Below are positions 1-13,384 of a DNA stretch of 64,000 nt, one piece after another (within the stretch, counting starts at the first letter, position 1; each line of letters starts with the position of its first letter). Below the pieces are notes generated by a model, which saw only the letters and a list, made by a program, of their open reading frames with translations, made no database searches and was not told the origin of the DNA. The position numbers and the translations under genes were made by a program. Source of the stretch: the human T2T-CHM13v2.0 reference genome, Homo sapiens; assembly GCF_009914755.1 (NCBI RefSeq), contig NC_060925.1, one strand, 5' to 3'.

Positions 1-320
1 CCATGGACACTCCCTGTTGGCCCATTGCTTAGCCGGAGTTGCCAATTGAGCACCTCTGTGTTATCTCACTCTGTGTGATGAGGGAATCCTCGCATCACAG
101 TAGTTGGAGTTCTTACATGGGGTCCTAGGACTCAAAGATAAAAGGTGGAAGGATCCAGGCCTCTTATAAAAGGCTAGCCCATAACTAGAATAGTTTCATT
201 TTGCTGTAGATAAAGCAAGCTGTAGGCAAATAAGGCCAACCCAGATTCCAGGAGAGGTAAATAAGACTCCACCTTTTAGTGGAAGGAATTTTTGAAAATG
301 TGCTTTAATCTCTTATAGAA
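1..320 (-). mobile_element. MLT1-family (MaLR) LTR fragment, cut by the window edge
   Basis: ggccaacccagattccaggagaggtaaataagactccacctttt resembles the MLT1 consensus in reverse orientation. Confidence 0.55.
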
Positions 321-1924
321 GCCATTTAAATAATTCCCAGAGATGAGCAGCATTGACAAGCTGTAAGAACAGGGATTTCTAATACTATATTTTAGATTGC
401 TAACCTTGCTGTGATGTGCTAAGTTACCTCTAACTCCCAGAATTTTCCTTAGGTTGCCACACACACATATATAAAATTTGTGGATAATTAAGGGTGAAAG
501 TATTTAAAGGAAGCATAGCTTGTCTCACATTCACCACTTTGTTACTGAAAAAAGAATGGCATCCTATGAAGAAGACTGTGTCCAGGGCATTCAGATCATG
601 AAAAGCAGCCAAATGAACAATGAGACATGATGGGGTACATAAAGAAGTCCATATAAATCTTCATCATATAGAATCTTAAACACAATATAAAATATTTGAG
701 AGTTTCTGAAGTAAAGATCCCAGGTAAATCTTGTTCATACCAGTTGTTCCCATACTAATTTGACATAGATTGGTCACACTTTCTCTGTCTCTCTTTATTT
801 CTCTCTCATTTAATTTTTTCCTAACAACTATCAATATCTAACAGCTTCCTAAAGACACTTTGAAAAATGCTGCATAGTAAATATAACAGAGAGTGTGTTG
901 ATTTAATAAAGAAAAATATCTTTGGATTACAGCTTCTGAGATAGATTTAATAAAGGAAGTAGGAAACTAGCAGAATCATTAATAAACTTGTTTTAGAAAA
1001 GAAGTGGAGAAATTCTGCTAGATGGGATAGAAGAGATTCGTCTAGTCCTAGAGTTTTCTTCAGCAGGCCCTAAGATTTTCCTGGAGATATGTCAGAGAGG
1101 ACCAGGAAGGAAGTGGACAGAAAAGTAAGCAGGTCTCTACACTCTAATTTCTTAGCAAACATCCCAAAACACTCAGTTAATACCTCTTCACTGTGAAGAG
1201 TTAAATAATAGATTTCATTTGAAATGGTAATGGTGATAAAAGGATGAAGAAGAAAGAAAGGACAGGAGTGGGAGGAGGAGGAGGACAAAGTTCATTCAAA
1301 AATTCAGTGGCACAATCAGAAATAGAACAAAGATCCTCTGTCTTTGAGACGAGGCTGTTCTAGTCTTCTACATGATCTCTGAGGAGGGGAAATTCTGAGA
1401 TCAAGAGAAAGTTAGGTTGTGGTCAGACTGTTAGCAATCTTACATTTTAGGATAAGAATTTTTGTCATTACTCTTAAAGATTTAAAAAATTTTACAAATA
1501 TATCTTAGCAGGAAACAGAATTTAATTTTTAAAGGAAGATAAAATGCTAGTAGCTCAAGATAAAATTAAAGATAAAAATATTGCAATTCAGAAGAAAAAT
1601 ATTTAAATAAATAGACTGGTTTATGTAAACAGTTCCAGCAAGAGGTAGTGAATGATAGGACTCTATGAATTCCAAGCTGATTGACAGGTAAGCAGAAAAA
1701 GCAATACATTTTTGGCCTTGAAGTTCTTATGAAACTTTCTTAATGTCATTCTATTTGATCATTAACTCTTTATTAAAAAATTCAACAACTTAATTTTAAG
1801 TCCTGATTGTAGAAATTTGGTTCAGTTGCTGCTATTTATGTATAAGTATTATATCTCTAAATTAAAAATATTTACTGCTCTTTTTTAAAAAAATATTTTT
1901 TGTTAAATTACGGCATCTTCTTAA

Positions 1925-2410
1925 ATGCTTTTTATTAATAATTGTTTACATTTATAATTGGCACATAATAATTGCTCATATTTATATACAGTATGATGTT
2001 TCAATGGATGTATACATTGCATAATAATCAAATCGGGGTAATCACCACATCCATCACTTTAAACACTTATTATTTCTTTGTGGTGACAACATTCAAAACC
2101 TCTTCTAGCTATCTTGAAATATACACTACATTGGTATTTGCATAGTCACCCTCCTGTGTTATAGAACAGCAGAACCTATTCTTCCTGTCTGTCTAAATTT
2201 GTACCCATTGACCAACATCTCCCAATCTTCCATCATCCCTATCCTCCTGAGTCTCCAATAAACACTGTTCTCTCTATTTCTATGAACTCACTCTTTTAGA
2301 TTCCACATATAAATGAGATCATGCAATGTTTGTATTTCTGTGCCTGGTTTACTTCCTGTAACATAGTGTCTTTCAAATTCACCCATGTTGCCACAGACGA
2401 TAGGATCTAA
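1925..2410 (-). mobile_element. L1MA-type LINE-1 3' end
   Basis: T-rich tail followed by L1 3'UTR hallmarks (ttttagattccacatataaatgagatcatgc, ttcacccatgttgcc). Confidence 0.85.
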
Positions 2411-4064
2411 ATAATTTTAAGGTAGAGTCAGCCAGTGTTATTGAGTAATTTACTGAAAAAGTAAATTAATTATAGTTAGTACATTTAATTGTGTAGACAG
2501 TGTCTGAAACACAACACTTAAAATGTCAATGCCAGCTTTTGTAATGAAGCCAATTCTCTAAGCTCTAGTAGGATGGAGATGTGTCTGTTTTAGTTGGTAT
2601 AATTTTCTCAGTGTCTGACACCTGGTAGACACTTAAAGTTATTCGTGGAATGAATATATGTTAATGCATGAAGTTGCTCATTTTCATGTTATTAAACATT
2701 GTGTAATACATTATTACATTTTGAAAGTTTGTATAATTTCATCATCCTCAATAATATAGGTTCTGTGAATGAATATGATCGGATAAAACAGAAACAGAAA
2801 TTTATGTAGGATTGATCATATTATAATTGAAAATTACTTAGAAACTCTTCAAAGTAAATAAGTAGGTACGTATCATGCTATACAAGGTCATTTCTCCTTT
2901 TCTGCAAGCACATTCCTGTTCAGTCTAAATTAGTTCTTCCAATCAAGCAACTGATGAGGTATTTTTTACCATACTTGAATTTTCTGCACTACTATAAAGA
3001 AAGAATAACACATAATTAGAAAGCCTGGAAGAACATTTGCTAAGCCATATCTGTTTTTTAAATGATTTTTGTTCATTCTTACTCCACATAACTGGAAAAA
3101 TATATTTTCATGGTGATTTTGTGAATTTAATGCTTGAAATAATATAATCATTTAATATAAAGTATGACTTTATCTCTCTAATTTTTTGAAATTGAGTGTA
3201 ATTTGAATTTTTTGAATAAATACACCTCTAATATTAGACTATTACAATCAATACAATTGTTTCTTGTAAGAAAAACCTGTATCAGGGACTAGTGTAATTT
3301 CTTGTAATTTTGGCTATGCAGAATCTGATTGCAAATACCCTATCAGAAATTCTGATTAGCAGTTGTAGATGTCTTTGATTAATAAGTGATAAAGTCATCA
3401 TTAGTTAATAAATGTCATTTATTTCACAGAAAATTTCTCTTTCAAATACAGGACTCATGAGAAGCAGAGGTCTCTGTCTCTTGGGTGACAAAAATATTGG
3501 GGCACAATGAACTCAATATGGTTTAGGAATGATTAGTTCTTTGATAGAGAGTTCTCTGATGTAATTAGTGTGCTTTTTCTTCAGGGTTTTAAATATCCAG
3601 CATGCTCTTTTGTCCACTTGATTAACCAGTAAATTAAATTTTTATGTAAGTCTTCTGACCTAGTCAATTTGTCAGGAGTATACATTAACGGAGGGTAACA
3701 GATGAGGTTCTTCCTGACCCTCTGTACAAATCGCTGCACCTCATCTACTTCTACCAGAAGGAGCCTCTGCTTTTACTGACATATGGGCCGTGATGGAAAC
3801 AAGCAAAAAACTAAACATTAAAACTGAGACATTTTAAGAGAGTCTGTGAAGTTCACAGTAAGAGAAGGCAAGACACTGAAAAGAGAAGGCATATGTTAGA
3901 CGAAACTAACATTAAGTAATGTCTTTCAAGGCAAGAAGCACTTAGATGTTTATTGAATAAATGAAGTGAATGAATAAATAAATGCCTTATAGGCTGCACC
4001 AACTTAATATCTGGATATTTTCTTCTGTCCAAAAAAACTGTTTTATTGTATTTTCTTAAACTTC

Positions 4065-4104
4065 CAATCATTTTAAAGTCACTGCAATCGTTTTAAAGTC
4101 ACTG
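4065..4104. repeat. 20-bp tandem duplication
   Basis: caatc(a/g)ttttaaagtcactg x2, one mismatch. Confidence 0.9.
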
Positions 4105-5092
4105 ATTTTAAGAATTAGTAGGCCTTATCTTTTAAAGCTGCATGACCTTAAGATTTAGGAGGAAAACTTGGAGTGGGCCTTGGATAGTGCTGCTTAGAGC
4201 AGGTGAGTTACTTAGATATTTGAGAAAATGGACTGAGGGGTTAGAAAAGAGGGTAAATATGACATTTAGAAATAAGCAATGCATTTCTTCTCCACCCCAT
4301 TCTTTATCTCCTTTCTTTTCCCTCTCAACTTTTCTTTTTCTCCTCCTCCTGTTTCCCCTGTTTGAAAATTGAGATCCTTATTTCCCAGGCTACAAACTCA
4401 GGCTAAAATTATGTATTCTATACTTCAAATATGTTACACTTAGATAGTTCAGGGACTTCAGACCCTAATCATAATAGTTTCTTTAGAAAATGTTGCTTAG
4501 TTACAAAACTTGTCTTTTTATAACAAATACAACAACATTCCTAATTTGGAGGTGTTTGTGAATCAGATCGGTGGAATACCTATATGCTTTACCCTTTCTC
4601 CTCATTAAAATAAAAATCAAGATGTTCTAGTAAATTCCTTTCACTCATTACACCATTGATGGTTGTATTCTCAAATACCTGTGAAGAAAATTAATGAGCT
4701 TTTGTGGAGTACTAAAACTGTGCATATCTTTGGAAACTAATGTTGTATTTAGCTTCAGTCATGATGGATTGATCCAGTGCACTGTTATACTGGAAAATGA
4801 TTTATAAGAAGAAAAACAGGTGTCATTTTCTTTATGATTTATGGGTTTTGATCTTTAATCCTGAATTTTCATATCATTAGTCCTGAGAAAGGGATATTAT
4901 AAGACAGGTGCAATGAGACTTCAAATATTTTCATACGTATAAATCAGTTTATTATCTATTTTTTGGTCATGGGTTTTATGATGCAACACATAATCATGAT
5001 GGAGCACACAATCCTTAACCCTAGCATGATTTCTCAAATCCATATATTTGCCAAATTGCATAAACATATGTCAGGTTCACGACTATGCCAAT

Positions 5093-5618
5093 TGTTATGC
5101 TTGAGGTTGGGTTCCAGCCCATCCTGAGGTCTGAAGGGAGTGGGTGAATGAGCAGAAAGAACACTCTAGGGGCCGTAGGCAGTGAAAGATGATTTTATTC
5201 AGCAGCAGCTCTCATAACAGCTTTTCCTCACATTGTTCACCCTGTCTTGACTGTTTAGTCCGGCGGCCCCCATACACAGCTGCGTGTCCAGCTCTCCCTT
5301 GCCTTCAGGGTCAGCAGCTTAGCTCTTTCTCTCTCTGGGCACGAGTGAGCCAAGCTGTGTCCTGGCTCCCTTCTGTCTGTCTGCAAAGACAGACACCTCT
5401 GACTCTCTTTCTGTGGGAACCAACGCACCTACACAGTGTTAACAGGGCAATTATACATTTTACAGATAATACTGGTGTAGAGCCAAGTGATGGCCTTCCC
5501 ATGTTATGGCTACATGGCTGTAATAACAAGTGGAGTTATATGCCTATGCTCTAAAGTCGCTGATGTAAATATCCTACCTCAGCCTATCCTTGACCAAAGC
5601 ACAGCCATGTCCCTTGTA
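5093..5618 (-). mobile_element. LTR18-family (ERVL) solo LTR
   Basis: Reverse complement begins ...aagggacatggctgtgctttggtcaaggataggctgagg (LTR18-like start), contains AATAAA and ends in ...gcataaca. Confidence 0.75.
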
Positions 5619-6159
5619 CCATATGTATATTCATATAGATATATATGTGCATGTAAAAAATCAATTTAAGTGTAAATTAAGACGGTAATAGAAAAATAGT
5701 TTATTTAAAAGAATTTGATTATTGAACACAAATAATCCCTTTTAATATGGGAGTTCACCTATGCTTTATAAAATGAAAAGGGGTTTAGGAATTTATTGAC
5801 CTAGGTTCAGGAGAATTATCTTTCTCCTTCCCAGTGCCCAATAGGTTATTTTTTATCAATGAGTGAGTAAAATGTACAGAACTCTATAGAGACATCAGTC
5901 AGAAAGATTTTTCAAAAAAGTTCTGTAGTTTTCTACTCAAGATAACATTAAAAAATTATTATACATTACCTAGGCAATTTTTTCAGCTTTTTTCTAGTGT
6001 TCTTTCTCTTTGAATAGTTTCAAAGATTAAAGCTAAGCTTGAAGCACCATTTGAGGAGGTAGAACATGGCTTATTAATTATGTCAAGGCCCATAGAAACC
6101 ACCTGACTGTGGCTTCTTTACATTGAAGTGTCTGGCCTCCTCCTCTACAACCAAGATGA

Positions 6160-6568
6160 TGGGGAGTTGTCAGGGGTTCAACCAGAGAAGCAGAATCAGT
6201 CGGAGATATACATTAAAATATTTTTGCAAAGAATTGGCTTAAACATTTGTGGGAGTTGGAGATGCAAGTTTGAAATTCATAGGGCAGGCTAGAACACTTG
6301 GCCATGGTGGTATGGGTGGGGAAAGTCCTGCTCACATTTCTTCTTCTTTGGGAAAACCTTAGCGGTGCTTTTAAGGCCTTGCACCTGATTGAGTAAGGCC
6401 CATTCACATTATCAAGAATGGTCTCCCTTAGTTAAAGTCAGTTGATTACGAACTTTAATCACAGCTACAAAAAAAAAAAACCTTACTGCAACAGCTGGAT
6501 TTGTATGTATTTGATTGATTACTGCAGTCTATAGCTTAGCTATATTTACACATCCAAAGACCATCACA
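6160..6568 (-). mobile_element. MLT2-family LTR
   Basis: gggttcaaccagagaagcagaatcag at the left, ttttaaggccttgcacctgattgagtaaggcccattcacattatc inside, ends accatcaca. Confidence 0.75.
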
Positions 6569-6910
6569 TCACAACATGATACACCATTATAGCTTTTCCT
6601 TTCTCACTTGGGGCACTGAAAGGCAAATGATCTATCAAGAGACTGAGAAAAACCTCATGCCTTATGTTTTTTCCCATGTTAGTTGTCTTACCATGAGCAT
6701 TGTCTTACCATGCAACCCTAATTACAATTCCACCAATTCCACTTATTCACAATCAAAAGAAGAATGCTAAAACTTCTGGCACTGGTACATAAAGATTCAT
6801 ATAGGAAATTTTACTTTTCGATTTTATTGGTAATTTGGTAATTGTGTTGATTGAAATACAGTTTGGGGATTGGGATGTTTTATAATCTATGTAGCAATTA
6901 TTAAGGAGAT

Positions 6911-7284
6911 TGATATAGCTTGGATGTGTCTCCACCTGAAATCTCATCTTGAATTGTAACCCCCATAATCCCCACGTGTCAAGGGAGAGACAAGGTGGAG
7001 GTAATTTAACCATGGGGGCAGTTTTCCCCATCCTGTCCTCTTGATAGTGAGTGAATTCTCATGAGATCTGAAGGTTTTATAAGGGCCTCTTTCCCTTCAC
7101 TAAGCACTTCTTCCTGCCGCCTTGGGAAGAAGATGTCTTGCTTCCCCTTTGCCTTCCGCTATGATTGTAAGTCTCCTGTGGCCTCTCCAGCCATGCTGAA
7201 CTGTGAATCAATTTAACCTCTATCCTTTATATATCACCCAATCTCAGACAGTTTTTTATAGCAGTATGAAAATGAACTAACACA
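6911..7284 (+). mobile_element. THE1D-like (MaLR) solo LTR
   Basis: tgatatagcttgg...gaactaacaca with a perfect 5-bp TSD GAGAT (6906-6910, 7285-7289). Confidence 0.92.
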
Positions 7285-7649
7285 GAGATGAACTATTTAT
7301 TTATAAAACATTTTTAAATTATAAAATGTGTGCTTTTTCAGAGGATATTTATATTTATTATAACACTTTTACATGGATAGGGTAGAAGTTAATTAACTAT
7401 TGTTTTCACCAAATATTCTGTCAAATCATAATATCCTTTACTTTTGAATATAAGGAAATAGTCTATCTATAAAGGAAATAAATGTTTTGATGAAAAGGTA
7501 TTTTTTGGGAAAAATGGAGTATAAAAATTTTGTAGTGGGACACTGACACTTTAATCACATGCTTGCGATCACCGTATATTAAAATGCTTATCCTCATGTC
7601 ACTGAAAACAAAAGTCAGTTTGAATTAGCCTAGTTAAAAAATGAAACTT

Positions 7650-7975
7650 GGCTGGGCACAATGGCTTCTATCTGCAATTCTAGCACTTTGGGAGGTTGAG
7701 GCAGGGGGATCACTTGAGACTAGAAGTTTGAGACCAGCCTGGGCAACATAGCGAGACCCTGTCTCTATGAAAAGTAAAAACAAATAGTTGGGTGTGGTAG
7801 CACATACTTGTAGCTCCAGCTACTTGGGAGGCTGAGATGGGAGGGTGGCTTGAACCCAGGAAGTTGAGGCTATGGCGAGCCATGATCATGCCACTGCATG
7901 CCAGCCTGGGTGACAGAGAGAGAACTTGTCTCACACACAAAAAAAGAAAAAAAAAGAAAGAAAAGAATGAAAAAG
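7650..7975 (+). mobile_element. AluJ
   Basis: Dimeric Alu with J diagnostics (ctgggcaacatagcgagaccctgtctct) and an A-rich tail. Confidence 0.93.
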
Positions 7976-9429
7976 AAGTGTAAATTAGCAGAGAAAAGTC
8001 TCATCATTTTTGTCAGAGCAAAGGTAGCACCAAAACAATGGTAGATTCCTCTAGAAACAGATTTTTCTTCAGAAGCACAGAATACTTGTTTATTCTGTTT
8101 TTCACACCATGCCCAATCCCTTTTATTTGTTGCATGGCTACTGCATTAATTAGCAGCTTTGTTTGTTTGTGAATATCTGCAGTAAATTGTAAAGCAATTT
8201 GGTCTTTTAAATTTTCCTTCCTAAGATCAATGTCCATACCCAAGGCAAATAATTCAAAATTTTAGATTAGTCTCCTATCTAGAATTAATTGGTTCTTGTT
8301 GTCTTTTCCTTCCTGTGCTATTCTATAGCAAAGTGGGAGCATGAAGATACCTAATAACTGTTCAGTGAATATTTGTTGATTGATGACAGAGGCTAGTTAG
8401 AAGAGTTTTAATGACTCATTAGTACTTTAAATTAATAAATCATGACAACAATATTTATGATGGCTTAGCTATTTTTAGACTCTGCATTTATATACACCAA
8501 TAATCTATTGGTGGCTTTGAGTTCATTGCTTTACCTAGATAATGAAATGTAATATTCTAAGTTAGTTAGAGATAATAAACTGCCTCAGTAAATATTCAAA
8601 ATGTATACGTACATATGTCTTCCTGTATGCTCATCAAAATATTACATTGGTTCAGGAAAATCTTCAGTCCACTCACCCATGACACATGCACATTTGAATA
8701 TAATTAATTTTTTACCTAGTAAGCATCACTTCCCCTATAACCACCGCAAACCTTTTATCACAACAAAAGAAGGGTCACAAGAGGTGTTTTTCTTTTGAAG
8801 GAACTCTTTGTCTCCTAATTGACCAGCAATTTTTGCTTCGTCAGCATTTCCAAGTCCTAGATGGGCTTTCCTTACCTGTTTATAATGTATAAAAACTGAA
8901 CAGGAAAAAACTTTTCTTTTTCCCTCAGAAATCATCTAATACTTTTATTATATTGTTTGCACTTTTTTAAAAAGTGGAGTTGTTCCATCTTTTCCATAAC
9001 CAAAAATCCAGCTAATGATGCTTTAATCACACTTCACTACTTGCAGATGATTGAAGATGGGGTTATTTTATGAGTAAATATCACTGTGAAGAGCCAAATA
9101 GTGTTTGAAAATGATTCTGAAGCTGGGCTTTAAATGGCTTTTGGCACTCTGCTGAGAATAGTAATATATATTGCCGAATAATCATAGGCTTGCCCTATTT
9201 TCCCTGTGGTTAGTTTCTACAAGGACAGGCAACTGTGAATGGGAGAGCAATTGGGCAGGTCCAGAGGGTAGTAGGGCCGAAAACCATGGACTCCTGATTA
9301 AGTAGATGTAATGTATTTCTCCTTTGTGCTTTACGATGGGGTTGAGAAAAATATGGTGCTTTGGAAATAACAATCTTGTGAAATAGGCAAACATTAAACA
9401 AGTAATTGTAAAAAAGATAATAGAGCTAT

Positions 9430-9700
9430 AGAACAATTAGGCAGCATTAAAAATGAAAGAATGAAATGTGAAGAGCAGAGTCTAGGTCCTAATCCTAGGA
9501 AACCTCAATGTTTAAAGTAACAGAAATCTGCATAGGAGACTGAGAAAGCCACAAGGGAATTTCAGGAAAACAAGGAAAATCATGTCATGGAAATAAAAAA
9601 AAAAAAAGGAAGACGGTGTTTTGAGAAGAAGTACGTAGGCAACTGAGCCAAATACTGCTGAAGGTCAGAGAAAATCAAGACTGGACCACCATATCATCTC
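9430..9700 (-). mobile_element. L2 fragment
   Basis: Degenerate purine-rich L2 sequence (gaaaatcatgtcatggaaa, aaatactgctgaaggtcagagaaaatcaagactg). Confidence 0.55.
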
Positions 9701-10569
9701 CTAAACTACTGCTTTTCTGCACCATGTGCTGCCACTGATTGAACTGTGATGTTTGGTGCTGGTGCATTGATATCATTCTGTTTGTCTCCTACAAGTTGCC
9801 AGTGTTGAGAGCAATGCCAGTAGAGTGATACGTCATGAGTTCAGATTGAAACACATTGGAGAGTCCCAAATGGCATGCTGCGAGTTGTTCTGCTTTTGTC
9901 TGAGAGCCTACTCTGCTGCTGAGTGAATGGGCATGGCTCTGCAGTTCAGTGGTGTTAACCCAGAGATTAAGGGACTCTTAATCTCTGGGTTAGAGGAGCT
10001 AGTGGACAAATGCTCTTGCATACCATCCTTCAGGCACACAGTTCTGAAAGGTATTCTCTTTTCTCTTAGAAGGTCGCATCGTGATGACCAGGATACAGTG
10101 CTCCTATGTTGACCTTTTTTCCTTTTCTGTTCATTCATTGCAGCTTTCTGAAATCACCTCCCAAATAAGCTTTCTGTAATTGTGCAAGTCTCTCCTTTCA
10201 GCAGAACTCTTAAAATTAGTATTGATTGGTAGTTGAAGGGAGATTTAGAGTTTCGAGAGTCTTGTTCATTTATTTGTTTTAAGATGGAAGTATTATAAAC
10301 ATGTATAAAATCTAACCAGAAAGATCCAGGAGTAATGGAAAGAATGAATACAAATGAGATAAAGGGTATAATCAATAGAGTGAGTTATCTCAGAGGTAGA
10401 TAGTGATGGGATTCACTACATTGCATGATTACCTTCGATGAGAAAAGGGATACACAAATACACATACTCAGAGAGGAAAAAAAAATGGGTGTGGATAAGT
10501 GTATTTTTTGTAGATTTTATGATGGGAAATACAAAGAGTTTCTTTTGGTGGCTTCCATATTTTTCATGA

Positions 10570-12250
10570 AGTTCATTTATTTATTCAGTGTACACTTACT
10601 GAGTGCTCACTACAAGGCAGAGACTATGCTGAGCACTTGGTCTAGCAAACAAGACAGTAACCACTCTCCAGGGAAAACTCATAGTCCTCAAGGAAGTCAG
10701 CTGCTGTGTACAGGGTGCAGGCTGATTACATATTAAGTTTAACAACATTAAGAGCAACAGGCTACTAGAACACAAAACAGGAAAAAGAATCTGGATAAAT
10801 TCGGTAAAACTTTCAGGAGAAAGTGATGTGGAAGCTGAGATCTGCATAACTGGAAGATCTTGAGAGTTGAAGGATAAATGGGTACAGATCTCAAGGAGAG
10901 TACAGAACATAAGACCAGAGGCCAGAGAATGCAGAATGTTTTTGAACACAAAGATGATCAATGTTCCTCGATTATTGAAAGTGAGGAACAGTGTCCTGCA
11001 AGTTTCAGAGAGAGGAAGATGCCTGATAGTGCAGAATTTAAATTGACATTTAAATTCAATTTTATTCAAAAGGCACTAGGAAAGCACAAGGACTGTTTAT
11101 ATGGGGGAATGGCATAATCAAATCTGCAATTGTTAAAGATTATTCTTGTAGCATTTTTGGAAATTTAGAGAACAGATTAGAAAGTGCAAAGCAGAAGCAT
11201 AGTAGTTAGGACAGTGTTTTTCTGGTCTGTTGTTAATGCTACCCACAAAAATAACAATAGTTTTTACAACAAACCACATGTAGCACATAGCACACTTGCA
11301 GCTAAAACAAAATTTTTATAAAAATGCTTAACAATTTATACAATATTCTCTCCTCTTTGCCATTCTTCTCTTCTATAGTATTCCATTCTACTTTATTTTA
11401 ATTTTGAAATGCTGATCCATGAAACTGATATTGTGACACATCATGAGGATTAGGAGATGGTTTTGGTTGTGAGCATAAAAACTATGTTTGGTTTCAACAA
11501 GGCAGATGCAGACAGGTGGCCAAATTGAAGATTTATTTGTGACATAGCATCAACAGGACTTGGTGCTAGAATAAATTTGAAGAGGAGGTGGAGACAACAA
11601 ATATAACCTGCTGATTTTTTTATTAAGCAACTGGGTGGATGACTACATCATTCGGCAATATAAAGGACATCAGGGAGGGAGCTTATTAGAAGGGGGCCAA
11701 TGACATTATTTCAGTTTGCAGATTGTGGTGCAGTACATAGATAGCATCTTAGTGTACATGTTGAGTAGACAGTTGGGTATTTGCAAATGAGGCTAGAGAA
11801 CTATGTCAGGAATACAAATATGTGAATTTCCAACCTAATTATGATAATTAAAGTGATGGAGATAGATACTGTAATCTCTGCAACACTATAGAGTGAGAGA
11901 AGAGTCTATGACTGACCATTTAATTTTTGCCCATTTGAAGTTTGGACAAAAAAGATTAAGCTGACACATAAGACTAAAAAGTGCCAAACACCAAAGTATG
12001 AGAAAAATCATAAGTGTGGTGTCATGGAAACTTAATGAAATCCGTGTTTCAAGGAGAAGAGAGAGATCAAGTGATAGTACTGAAAAAGTGTTCATTGGAT
12101 TTAGTGACACTGAAGTAACTCGTGACCATACAAGGGCAGAAGAAGTGAGAAGTCAGATTTAAGCAGGTCAGGAAGCTGGAAGCAGATGATAAAATACAGA
12201 CATGGTGTAGGTGTAGACGATTCATTGGAGAGTTTTTTTCTGTGAAGGAA
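10570..12250 (-). mobile_element. L2 fragments, interrupted near 11210-11440
   Basis: L2 tail ttcatttatttattcag...acttactgagtgctcactac, then typical reverse-strand L2 blocks. Confidence 0.65.
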
Positions 12251-12663
12251 GATAGTGGAAAAAAATTAATGGAATAGAGAAATGTCCTTTATTTAAAAAA
12301 AAAAATCCTTTTAGAGCTTTAAGAAGACAGAACCTGGACAGAAATCTGCTTATTGTTTCTTTGAGTTTTGTTCAATAGATGCACAACAACCAAAGTAGAA
12401 GATTCATTTTGGAAGCTTACATTATGGAAACTGTATAGATTATTCAAGAAAATTAAGAAAATGCAAAAAAGTAAAATTTAGGGAAATTCCACCCATACTT
12501 TTACTACTAAAAGATAATCATTAGTTACATTTTCGTTAATGTTCTTCCAGTTTTTCCATGAATACCTTTTAATATAGCCATAATGATATTATTCATATGC
12601 ATATGTAAAATATTTTATTCACTTAACATTATAACTACTTTTCTATATAATTTCACAATATTT

Positions 12664-13027
12664 TTAAAAAATTGATTTAGAGAGCACAAGCGTAGTTTTG
12701 TGACATGGATATTTTGCATCGTGGTGAAGTCTGTGCTTTTAATGTAACCATCACCCTGATAGTGTACATTGTACCCATTAGGTAATTTCTCATTTCTTAC
12801 CCTCCTCTAACCCTCCCACCTTCCCAAGTATTCAACGCCTATTCCACTCTCTCTGTCCATGTGTATGCTATTTAGCTCCCACTTATAAGTGAGAACTTGG
12901 TATTTGATTTTCTGTTTCTCAGTTATTTTGCTTAAGATAATGGCCTCTAGTTCCATCCATGTTCCTGCAAAAGACATAATTGTAGCATCATTTCACATTT
13001 TTTATGGCTGAGTCGTATTCCATGGTG
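12664..13027 (-). mobile_element. L1PB-like LINE-1 3' UTR
   Basis: ttttgtgacatggatattttgcatcgtggtgaagtc...gctcccacttataagtgagaac...tatggctgagtcgtattccatggtg. Confidence 0.88.
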
Positions 13028-13384
13028 GCTCTGAGATTCTTACTTCTGTTTGGCCTAGTGAATTGTTAAAGCTTTTTACTGTATTTTTTAATTCCCTCAA
13101 TGAACTTTTTATTTCTAGAAGTTGTCTTTTTAAAAAATATCTATTGCTTTGGCAAGTTTTTGATCATTTTCCTGATTTGATTTTCTGATATCTTTGTATT
13201 TTTTTTATTACTCTTGGATCTCATTGAGCTTCTTTAAAATCAATAGTTTGAATTATTTATCTGATATTTCAAAGATTTGATTTTCATTAGGATTTTTTGC
13301 TAAAGAGTTAGTGTGATCCTTCAGGGGTGTCACAACACTCTGTTTTTTCATACTTCCAGAATTGTTTCACTGGTTCCTTCTCAT
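13028..13384 (-). pseudogene. Decayed L1 ORF1p N-terminal coding remnant
   Basis: Minus-strand translation from ATG at 13384: MRRNQ*NNSGSMKKQSVVTPLKDHTNSLAKNPNENQIFEISDK*FKLLILKKLNEIQE*, an L1PB/L1MA-type ORF1 start with in-frame stops. Confidence 0.85.

Noticed and set aside
4200-4208. Consensus donor CAG|GTGAGT (also CAG|GTAAGC at 1685-1693)
   Set aside because: No convincing acceptor at exon distance upstream; isolated donors are common by chance.
10596-11069. 157-aa minus-strand ORF
   Set aside because: It lies within a decayed L2 and has no recognisable protein features.
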